Shown here: positions 35,001-47,000 of the stretch, one piece after another
Numbering within the stretch: the first letter of the stretch is position 1
Layout: every line of letters starts with the position of its first letter
Origin: Yuukianura sp. NJ FZ-2021
Taxonomy: Eukaryota
Length of the DNA: 64,000 nucleotides
Assembly: GCA_046563655.1 (NCBI GenBank)
Contig: CM102287.1
Coordinates: 2,294,001-2,358,000 of the forward strand
Direction: 5' to 3'
Program-made: the position numbers and the translations under genes
Notes under the pieces: model-generated
Databases searched by the model: none
What the model saw: only the letters and a program-made list of their open reading frames with translations
Told to the model about the DNA's origin: nothing

Positions 35001-38000
35001 TCTTGACTGAGGCCAAACTCGTTCCGACGGAGATTGAGGAAGTTCGTGTGCAGATGAAACTGCTCAACACGAAGTGGGAAGATCTCAGAGTCAAAGCCAT
35101 GGACAGACAGAACAAGTAAGAACAGATCTATCAAATTATTCCTGCCATTTCATCCAATCAATTACATCGAAGTGAATTGCCCCGAATCAATTTCCCCCAA
35201 TATCTTCTAGCCTAACCTAAGCTAAAATTTTCTATCCTAACCTAAGCTGAAATTTCCTATCCTAACCTAAGCTAAAATTTTCTATCTTAACCTAAGCTAA
35301 AATTCGCTATCCTAACCTAATCTAAAATTTTATATCCAAAGTTAGGATATAAAATTTTAGATTAGGTTAGGATAAAAATTTTTAGATTAGGTTAGGATTC
35401 CTAACCTAATCTAAAAAATTTTATCCTAACCTAATCTAATAACTTCTGTTCTAACCTAATCTAATATCTTCTGTTCTAACCAAGCTAAATACAACTTTCG
35501 TTGGAATTCAACTTTCTTTGTAATTCGCTTCGGTGTAATTCAACTTTCGCTGTAATTGCTTTCGGGGAAATTCATTCGGGGTAATTTAGTTCGTTGTAAT
35601 TCATTCGGTTAACTGGCGTGCTCCCCTATCTTACTTTTTATTTATTATAATTATTATTTTTTTATTATTAATTTATTTGTGTTTTAGTATCCACGATAAG
35701 TTGATGACTCTTCAGTTGGCTGAGCTGGAAGCACTCAAGGAATTCCTCACTGCGACGGAAGATCGGATTTCTCACGTGGGTCCTCCGCCGCTGGAGGATT
35801 TAGAAGCACTGGAAGAAAGCGTCAAAGCACAACAACAACTTCATGAAGACATTCTCAAGCAGCAGGAGAGAGTCGTCGCTTTCTCCAACCTCGTAGTCGT
35901 CGTGGATGAAAATAATCATCAGGACAATGGTAAACCATCTCAAAATACTTAAGTATTTTTAGTAAGTAACTTTACCCTTATAGTAGTTTGTTGTTCTCTT
36001 GAATTAGATTTTTCGAACATGGAAGATCAGTTAGCAGCTCTGAGTGAACGGTGGGCCCACATTTGTTCCTGGACAGAAAAGAGAGGAGCAGTTCTGCAGA
36101 AACTAAAGCAACAAGTGCCGGATTGCCTCACCGAAGAAGTCTACTTGACAAAGTGGCTTCAAGATCAAGAGAAGAAACTGAGAGAAGTTGAAGCAAATCC
36201 AAATGACACCTCAGAAGATTCACTCATGGACAGATACGAAAAACTACAAGTAAACAATCTTAGTTTTCATTTTATAAACAAACTTCGTTTTATTTGAATT
36301 TTTTTCACTCAACCTAAGTTCATTTTTTCAGAATCTGCAAACAGAAATGGAGGAAAAGATGAAAGGAATAACGAAACTGCAGAACTGCGTCCAGACTTTG
36401 GTAGATGAATGCAGTGGAGCCACTTTTGGAGGGTCTGAAAGTGATACTGGAGGTGGAGTTGGGAAGAAGATGCTGGACAAACTGGAGAGTTTGCAGGATC
36501 GGTGGGAGGCCTTGTCCCAAATCATGGAAGCCCAGTCACAACGCGTAAGTCACTCCATCAGCTGAAGTACATGGCATCATTTTGCACTTAAACGCACGCT
36601 TCAACCCTTTAACTTTTAATTTAACGACACTTTAGTTGAACTTCTGTTTAATATCTGTTAATTTTAATGTCAGTACTTATGTTTAACCCTGATGTTGAGC
36701 ATGCTTAACACTCTTGTGTAGATTACAATGTACGGAGTCCAGTCAAGGGAGAAGCAGCAGGAGAGAGAGGTCTGTGGGCCCGCCGGTGTGGAAATGGTTG
36801 ACATTTTGGCCATGTCCAAGCAGGTAACTTTGGCATGAACTCAACTACACTTTCAGTCCTAACAATGCTCTAAATTGCACTTGACTTTTCCAACACTGTG
36901 TCCAAACATCCATTTTTCATTGATTTCCACTCTTCCAGCATGAATAGAAATTGTGTTGATGATCTTTTGTTGTGTAGGACTTTCCGAAGGCGAAACGAAC
37001 GAAGATTATGAATGAATTTGAAACTTCGTACGGAAGAGTGTTTGAGTGGGTGACGAGAACAGAGAGCCTCATAGAAGTCGTTCCAGGAAGCGAAACCACC
37101 ACATTTGATGAATTGAGTGTGGATGAACAACTGATTCTGTGGGAAGACTTGGAACTGGAGCTCCAGACGAATGAACCTCTCTTCAGAGATGCTCTCAAGG
37201 ACTCTCAAGCACTCATCAAGCACATGAGTCAAGGTAAAAATATCACTTTTAACTTAAATCTTGAAAATTTAAAACTGAAGTCATTATAAAACCTTTCAGA
37301 GAGTCAGGAAACGCTGGATGTGGAAGAGCAAGTTCGCGTTCTAAAAGAAAAGTGGGACAAAGTAGGCCAAGTTCTCAATAAAAGGAAGCTTTTGATCGAC
37401 TATCTGCTGGCGAAGAAGCAAATCCAAGGAGAGATTTCCACAATGTCCAACATCCTAAGTGTAAGTTCCATTTCTTTCATGGATTTTTGAAGTTTGAATG
37501 TGTTTTTGAAAATACTTTTTTCGTAGGCTTACGAGAAGTGGCTGGATAGTCAGGGTGAAGTGAGTCCAATTTCCAACCAACCTCGTAAACTGCTGGAGCA
37601 GTGTCGAGTGAAGAAGAAAACGATGACTTCTCACGAAGGACGACTGGGGAAACTGAACACAAAGGCAGCAGAAGTGCTGGCAATGGACCATGGGAAAGAA
37701 GACAGTGAACTCAAGACAGAGTTTAGTCAGTTCTCCAATCGATGGGCACAAGCAGTAGAGCGGTAAAAGGCAAAATATTATTTGCTTAGTGCGCTAGAAA
37801 CTGAAACTTTATTTTTGTAGAGTGAACTTGAGACTGTCTCAGTTGGAGGGAATCAACCGAATGTCTGCGGAGGAGAAGAAGAGTGAGTCTTCTCATTTGA
37901 TTGGTCAATGGTTGAAGCAGACTGAAGCTTTTGCAGCAGAAGAGCCCAAGTTCCATGACCTCAAGACGATGAAGACTCACCAAAGTCGGTTGCAAGAAGT

Positions 38001-41000
38001 GTTGCAAGAGTCCAAGAGTCAGAGAGACAACTTGGAAGTGATTGTGAGTGCAAGTGTGAAGGCCCAGAGTCCAAGTGATCAAATGGAAGCACTGGAAGAA
38101 CTCAAAGGACGCTTCCACGAAGTAACTGCGGTCATTGAAGAACGAAATGCAACGATCAGTGCCCGTAAGAACCTTCATTTCTCCCTCATTTCAGGATTTA
38201 ATTTGTAATTGAATGTTCATTTCATGATTTAGTTAGTAATTGAAATAATTGATTTTGTTTTGTAGTAATTTCCAAATTGGAAAAGTGGCAAACTGAAATG
38301 ACTGGGCTGGAAGGTTGGTTGGAGGAAGTTGATGTTTTCGTGTGTGCTGAAACAATTGCGGTGGGAGATGCCGATTTCCTGGAAGCACAACTGGAACAGT
38401 CCACAGTAATATTTCTGGAAGAATGATTGTTTTTGATTGGTTGGATCTAAAATTGTTTTTGTTTTACTTTTGTAGGCATTGCAGCATGACGTTGAGGCTC
38501 TAACTGCCACTTACAACGTGCTCAGTGGAACTGGGAAGGAATTGACACACGAACTGGAAGGCGGGATGCAGCAAGTAGTCAAAGCCAGAATTTTTAAACT
38601 CAATTCTCACTGGAATGAAACGTTGAGGAAGGCAGTGGAACAAAATAAGCAGCTCAAGAACGCATACGACAAAACCAAAGACGTAATCAAAATTTAAATA
38701 TTAGTTTTTGTTATTTTGAATTGAAAAAGTTAGGATTTGACTTTAATTTGTGTTGTTTTTGTTGTATTAGGTTCTGCGTGGAGTTGATGAGACTTGTGAG
38801 TGGCTGAATCAGTTGAATCGTGATGCTCCCAAGGTCACCACGATCTCCACTCCTTCTGATTTGGCTCGCCTCACACGAAAGTACCAAGCTCTGAAGGATC
38901 GTGTTGACAAAAGAGAAGAGTCATTTCGAAACCTCAATGAAAAAGCAAACGAACTCCTCCTTCTGCACCAGAGTCAGTTCCATTAAACTTCTATTTTAGA
39001 ACAAGAATTGACTTTAGGCGGAAGTGACCTTGGTTTCTTTCAATTCCAGATCAGGACACGGACGAGGAGAAGAGTGGAGCCACGATTCAGGATTTGGCCA
39101 AAACCGTCACAACTTTGAATGCTCGGTGGACAGAGATCACGGGAATGGTGGACAGGAATTGTCAAATGCTCAAGGACGCCTCATTTCTCTATGGGGAATT
39201 CAGAAGTAAGCTTCTCACTTTCTCTGCAATGTTTGAAGAGTTTTGGTACATTTTTTGTTTCTGCATTTTCCTCTTTGCATGTAAACAACTTCAAAATTAT
39301 CAAGTTTTAATTTCAAAATGGAAGTTAAAATTATTTGTTCTGTTTTTTAGGTTTGACAGCTCAGCAAATGGATTGGCTGGATCGATTGGAGAGGAAGCTG
39401 AAGAAGCCAATCACTTCTGCTGCAGACATGGAAGAACTCTCAGAAGATTTGGACGTAAGTCAATTCTTTAAGTAAAATGTAATTTTTGGAACTTTTTGGA
39501 AAAAATTCTGAAAAATTTTTGTATTAGGATATTGAGCAGTACGTGGGTGATGAGCAGGAAGCGAAGTTGTGCAAATTGCAGGAGATTGGTCGGAAGTTGG
39601 TGCATGACAAGGTGTTGGTTGGTCCAATTCAGGAAGAGGTGCAGCATGTGACCAATCGCTGGACACACCTCAACCGGCAGGTACGTCTTTCTTGATTTGT
39701 TTTTGGGATTTTGCACGATGCAGAGTGAACTAACTGCTTGATTTGCACTTAACTGAAACTACTAAGGCCGAGTCCCGCAAGGCAGAACTGGAAAACGAAA
39801 TGAGTGAAGCAGAGGAGTGGGAAACGGTGGTGCAGCAACTGTACGATGGACTAGAAATTGCTTACAAAAATTTAGCAGCTAGACTAGAACACGATCTCAG
39901 TCCGGAGGACTTTCCGCAGGAGATGGAGGTAAATTATACTTATAATTATATGGTAACTTAGGTAATATAATTATACCAACTTCTAACTTTCACCTTCCCT
40001 TGCACAATCTTTGCTTTTTTTCGTCTTGGCTGGAAATCACACTTTCATTCTTCACTTTAGTCCTAACATTCACTTAATTAAGCTTGTTTTTGGTTGTCTA
40101 ATTATGTTTTGATTTGAAGCAACTGGGAGATGAGCTGAATGAGCAAGAGAAACTGCTCAAAGACATGGTTTTCCAAGTGGAAGTGTACAGAAAGGCAGGG
40201 AAACTGGAGGCTGCTTTGCGACTGGAAGAACAGAAGAACATGCTCCAAGTAATTAACTTCACTCTTACTTTTGGTTTTAATTTTATGCTTAAGTTCATTT
40301 GAATTTCAGGAGCGTTTCAAGGAAGTTCAATCCAAGTTTTCCCAGTTTTCGTCTCCACCACCAGAGTCCAAAATCCATGGAAGAATTGAGAGGACGTGGA
40401 GATCTTTGCGTCAAGTGGAACAAGCACTCTGCTTTCTCGAACTCGCTTCTGACGATCCAGAAAGCATTCTGGGCCAACTCAACCACTGCACGGTAACAAA
40501 TTCCAATCTACTTTTTTTCTAATTTTTCAAAGAAAAAATCCCCCTTTTCACTTTTTACGCCTTTGTAAGCCATTTCCGCAAAAACGGTCGGAAGTTTGTC
40601 GGGAAGGGGGCAATTTCCATGCAAAATATTTCAAAAAATATATTTGGCTCAAACCCACTTAAAAGTTATTATCGTAAAACGTGCATTGAGCTAAAAAAAA
40701 ATATATTTTTTTTTCGAAAGTTTCAAACCAGATTTCGGTTCTGGAAAAGGAACTGTTGTTGTCAAATTTTTCATTTTTTCCCCAATATCCTGAAGTAGTG
40801 TTTATTATCATTTTGTTTATTATTTTTGTGTGCAGAAGGAGTATTCTAATCTGAGTGGATTGAAGCGTGAGGTTGAGATGCTGTTGAAGGAAGGACGGCG
40901 TCAAGTTGAGGACAAGAAGAGTGAGGGGAAGCTGAGTGCAGAACTGGACAACATCAAGCAGCTTTACAACAAATTGGGCATCCAGATTTCCAGCATCAAG

Positions 41001-44000
41001 AATTCCCTGGAGAAAGGCTTAGGACTGAGTACGCAAATGGCAGAAGAACTGGGATCAGTGGAAGTGTGGCTGGAGCAGAGTGAGACAGAACTGAAGGGAG
41101 CCCACCCAGACGCAGACGCACAACTCAACTTTCTCAGGGTAAGTCACCACTTTCTGTATCAAATTCAAATTGAATGTTAATGTGCTTTAACTTTTGCTTT
41201 ATTTCTAACTGCTTTCCCTGAAGGAGAGGTGAGGTGATAAATGATGTCAAAGGTTGACTTATTCAATTTCCTAATTGAGTGACTGTTTTTGTAGAGTCGG
41301 ACGGAGGAGTTGCCGCGATGGACGAAGATTCTGGAGTCCTTCAATGCCAACTATGAGAACTTCCTCAAATTGGTTGACCCCGTGCTGCTGGATGGATTGA
41401 AGGAACGGAGGACGCTCGTTCTGCAGCGATGGGATCACATCAGTCATCAAATTGTGCAAAAACACGAAGCAGCACTGGGAAGTCACCCTGTCCAGCAACT
41501 CCAGGATCAAATGGACAAGAACAGGGTGGAGCTGGAGGAATGGCTCAACACGGCAGACACTTTTCTCTCCAGAATCAACTCGGAAGGGGTTTTGTTCACA
41601 GATCAAGAAATGGCTCAACTTCAGGTCTCCAAATCACAAGTTAACTTTATATTCTGTCATTGAAATGTAAAATGTTTGTGTTTTTGTAGGAATTGAACGA
41701 CGCTTTCCAGGAAAAGACTAATGGACTGGAGTGTTTGAAGGACAATGCGGTGGATCTGATTGTGTGCAAGGGAGATCCTTATACTTTTGACAATGAGGAG
41801 AATGTCGTGATCGAAAAGTTGGCCCATCGTCTGGAGTCAATTGGAGTTCAGCTAGAGGTAAATTTACTCAATTTTGCTACTTGTACTAAACAAAGTCCTA
41901 AAGAGAATAGAGATGCATGTGTTTTTCCTGGAGAGAGGAACATGAAGTCGTGCATGAAATGCTGGCGCACTGCCTACTAAATTTGTGTTGTCCAGTCTAT
42001 TCAATGCCTCTGCTTATTTTCCAAATGCTTTTTCAGAATTTGAGTTCGTGCTTCCTGGATGATTTGGGTGATGACTCCGCTGCAACTGCCATCCCCAGCA
42101 TCACTTCTTCTATTTTCTCCACCAATGGACCCCCACTTCCGAAAACTCGCAAACTGGAACCATCTCCTCCTGCTGGAATTTGCAACTTTGGTTTCGATGA
42201 CTTTGAGGACGAAGAACCAGAAGTTGCGGAAGAGAAAAAGAAGGGGATTTTGGTGGCTCAAGTGTCAACTGAAGTAGAACTGCCCCATCCTCAGAGTCCA
42301 GCAAGTGACAGGAGACGCTACACGATCGAGACTGTGCCAGAAGTGAAAGTGACGTTGAGCCAAGTGACGGGGCAACTTTCAGTGGAAAATGCACAAGTCC
42401 CTTCTGAAGATGCGAAGGAAGAAGATGACACTGAGAACATTGACACTGATGAGGAGTTTTTGGTTTCAGTTGTGGAAGAAGTGGAGCTGAAAGTTGAAAC
42501 AGTTGAAGTTCCAGTGGAATCCAATCCCCCGGTAAGTGTCAAAGTTAATGGTGGTGGGGATCGGTTGGTAGTGAAAAGACCAAGAACAAGCACATTGACT
42601 CCTCCCCCCAGAAGTCCCTCTGGTGGCGGGAGGAAGGAGGGCAAAGTCAAGATTGTGGAGATCAAGTCCAATGACATTGTCCAGGGAATCCTCAGGATGG
42701 AACCGCAATTGAAAAACAAACCAGACAAGATGGCCATCGTCAAGTGTCCGCAAAAGTCTGTTCCAAAAGTGACACTTTCTCCTGTTTCTCACAAAGTGTC
42801 CAAGGTTGGCTTCCACTTCTTGACCTGCCGTGCATTCATCCATTCTTCCTCTGTATTGCCTAACACTTAATAATTCCTTTTGGAAAACTAATTTCCATCA
42901 CTGCATTCATTTATATTCATTTTGCTTTTCCTAACTTTCTAACCCATTAGATTTTCAGAGATTTTTAATTCTTGGAACAGAATGAATCTTTTTTGAATTT
43001 CCTCTGAAGGGAATAGTTTTGGGAATTTTGTGAGTTGTGTTGGTAGAATTTATTTGATTTTGGAAGTAATTGCTTAATTTGTGTTTTCAGACTCTGCAGA
43101 GTGAGATGGTGGAGGAAAGTGGTGAAGATGAGAGTGTTGATCCCTATGGCTTCTCCAAATTGACGGATCAATTGGCAGTTTGTTCACCGAAGGATGGTGA
43201 CATTTGTGCTTTTGAGAAGGAGGGCAGAGAGATCTCTCGGACGATGGGCAGAATGGCCAAGAAGTTGGAGGAAATCGAGAGAGACGCTGATCCCAGGAAG
43301 AGAGTCGACGTAAGTGAACCCAATTCTACTTTTTAAAACAATTTTTGAGGAAATTATAGTGACAAAAGTGAAATGTTGATTTTAGGCGCTGGAGATTGAG
43401 TTGATTTCTGTTGAACCTGAAGTGGCGCTGACCATTAGCAAAGGGGATTCTCTCATTTTCAAAATTTCCAAAGTGGATCTGCAAAAGGCGAAACAGATTC
43501 GAGCAGCACTTGATTTACTTCGAGCTGATTGGCTTCAACTCAAATCTCGTGCCGAAGTGAGTTCGATACTGAAAAAACTAAAACTTTTAAAATTGAATCT
43601 AAATATTTGAATCCTAACCTAAGCTACTAAGCTAAGGATCCGATAAAAATCAACAAATCAATTTAGTGAAGAAGAAACAAAACAGTGCCTGTTGGATTGT
43701 GAAGTAGTAATGTGAACTGTCTTTTCTTTTGTTAGCGTCAACGTTTAGCAGCTCTCAAGTTGGAGACGACGCAATTGGAATGTGAATCTGCGATGCAGGA
43801 TTTGGAACAATGGATTTCCAATGTCCTGCTGTGTCCACAAATCGAAAAAAAGGTAATTAGCTAAACAGAAATTGAGTCTGTAATTTGTTTTCTAATTTTT
43901 TCGTTTTGAGTAGAAGTATGTTGGATCTTTGGCCAAGAAATCAGAGGAGATGAAAACACTGCGGAGGAGAATAGAAGATTTGAGCAAGCGAAGCATTGGT

Positions 44001-47000
44001 GGATTTTCCGTTGATTTCCAAACACTGGAGCGAGAGTGGGCTAAAGCAGAGAAAATGTTAAAGGAAAGCGAAGACAAGGGCACTGGAAAGGGACCTCCTG
44101 GAGGGAAAAGCAAGATTCCAGTTCCACAGAGCAAAGTTTGTGCAGTTTCTCCAGAAGTTGTAGAAAGAGTGACAAAACAAGGAAGTGCACCCACCACGAA
44201 GCCAAAAACTGGACAGAGTTCCACATTTGTGTCAACAGCTACTTGGTCACCTGACATTGTCACGAGAGTCAACCGACTCAGAGAGCAAGTGGCAACAGTC
44301 ACAAGATCACTCGCTTCAACAGGAGATCCAAATGCAAGGAATTTAACTTTTTCTGTTTGATTTTTGGTAGTTTTATTGTTTATTTTTCTGTTTTTGTGTT
44401 TTAGAGCATCAAAGAAGATTTGTTGAAACTGTCTCCGCGTGTGGTGGAGATTGAAGAGTTGGAAGAAAGTGGACTAAAAGGGACTCCAGACCAAGTTCTG
44501 CAGGCGAAGCGAGTGATTCAGAAGTTGGGAGACGAATGGGCGACATTGAACCTCACAGAAGCTCAGATGACTTTGCGTTCTCCTCCGTCCAAAAGTCCAA
44601 GTCCTTCACCACAAGCAGTCAAGAGTCCTGACAGTTGTGACATTGATGACCTGGAGATGTGGTTGGACGAGATGGATGGACTCATGAGGGAACTCAAGAC
44701 GAATTATGAGTCTGAGGAGAGCAGAACAGAATCACAAAACAAGCTCAAGGACATGGAGACTCGCATTTCAAAAAGACACAGGTAATTCCATGTGACTTTT
44801 ATGTAAAAGTTCTCATGTTTACTTTGATTGTTTTGCAGGAGTGTGATGCTTCTCATGAGTAAAAAGTGTCGCATGAGTCCAGCCTATGATGATTCTAGTC
44901 GTAAAATGGACCAGATTGGGTATCGCTGGAGGAATTTGTTGGCAGAAATGACTATAAAAAGAGACAGGTAGCTCAAAATTACATCCAATTTTTGAAAGTT
45001 TGAATAGTTGTTTTAAGTGAGATTTGATTTGTAGGATTTGTGGTGGGAGTGGAATGCATCGAACTGTGTCCAAGTGGTGGGAGCCTCAAGTGGTTCTTGG
45101 TGATTGGATCGACAGAGCCAAGGAGGCTGTGAACAATCCTGTCCAAATCTCAGATGAAACTGCCATGAGAAATTCCCTGTCAAATCTGAAGGTGGGATAA
45201 GTGTATGGGTGATGATGGAGAAGATGACATGTTTGTTTGTGTTTTAGAGTCTGGAGCATGAGATTGGTTCTAAGAAGCCAGATTTGGAGAAGCTGAGGAC
45301 GAAGAAGCACTTGGTTTCAGAGGAGGAGGTTGGTGGGTTTGAGCGGGACATTGAAAGCGTAAGATGGATGTTGATCTGGTTAGAGTAATGAGGGCAGCAG
45401 AGACGCAATCAATCATTCCTCTTTGTTTAGCTCTCCAACCAACTGCCCCAGCAGAGAAAGTACGTCGAGGAGAGGCTGTCCAGGCTACGCAAAGTCTCTT
45501 CCCAGTTGGATACAACTGTAATACTAAAACAAGGAAAAACAACATGAGAAAAAGTTTTAGGAGAGAGTTTTAATTAAATTAAAAACTGTTTTAGACTTCT
45601 TGGATTTTGGAGGTTCGAGCTCAGGTTGCGACAGCGAAGCATCGACCGCCCGAGGAACGAGAAGCAGCGATCCAGTCCATTATCGTAAGAGTACTAAAAT
45701 CATTAAGTACAAAATGTGCTAAAATGAAGTTAGGAGAGCATAAGTGTTATAATTTATGTTGATGATTGATTTGTTTAGAGTCGAGTGGGTGAGAAGGAGA
45801 GTGAAGTGGGTGATGTGGTGAGGAATTACTCTAATTTGGAGCGGGAGTGTGAAGCGGTGGGACAGCACATGACACCTCTCATGATGGTAAGTGGAGTGTC
45901 AATTAAAGTAAAAGTGACTAAATGAGAGTGAATTGCAGGAGAAGATTCACCAGTTGAAGGAGGACTGGGTCTATGTCCAGTCCAAGGGACAAATCAACAT
46001 CTTAACTCCTGCGGCAGAACACAACTTCTGCAACTTCAAACACACGCCACAACGTAAGTCACTTTCTCTACTTTCCAAAACAAAGTCTTTTGGAATGATG
46101 GTCAGCGTATGATTTTTGAAAGAGAAAAAGTGGTGAGTGACTTTCACTTGGATCTTTTTGATTGTGATGTTGTTGGTTGAGTGTAGAAGAGTGGATAGCG
46201 TGGTTTTAAGTGTGATTGGTTGAATGGGTGCATCTGGAATTGTGTCATTGTGTTTGATGTGTGAGGGAAGTGGAAGATGTGGGGAGGGGGACTGCGCTGG
46301 CGCCTCTTTTATTGATCTCTCGTCCCGCTTCCTCTTACCCGGTTTGAGAGGGGGGCCTTGTACCTCCATTCTGAACACAGACTCACACGCTGTCGTTCAG
46401 AGTGGAAGGTGTCAAAGTCATTAGTTGTCAACTGAACATATCACACATCAAACACACTTCAACCACGCACTCTCCCTCACTCCAGGTCACACAGTTAGTG
46501 AGTACTTGTGGTTTTGTGTCAATTGGAGTCATCCTGGATCAAGACATGTGATTGTGTGCTACATTTGAAGTAATCCTTTGTCTTTGTTTTGCAGAGGAGG
46601 CAGCAGCAGAGAGTGAAAGCAGTTTGATTTTGGGCCAGAGTCCAGTCCAATCTGTTCCTCCTGCTGTCCAGCAACTCCAGGATTTTGGAGAGGAAGTTGG
46701 AGCGGCAGAGGCACAAGTAAATCTCCTGTCTGGACATGCAGGATTTCCGCCCATTCTGAACCACTTTTGTGTTTGTTCCAGATTCAGGAAGCAGCAGGGT
46801 CCATGACGCTCACTTTGAAGGCCCTCAAGCAGCAGATTGTGATTGTGGGGAACGTGGAGGACGTGAGGAGTGTGCTGGAGAAGCAGAAGGTAAACACTTT
46901 TTAGTACAATCAAAAGTACTTTTAGTTTCCTTGTGTTTTGGACAAGAGTGTGAGTGGTTAATTGGACTTTCTCCTTGGAGAAAGTTGAGACATTTGAACA

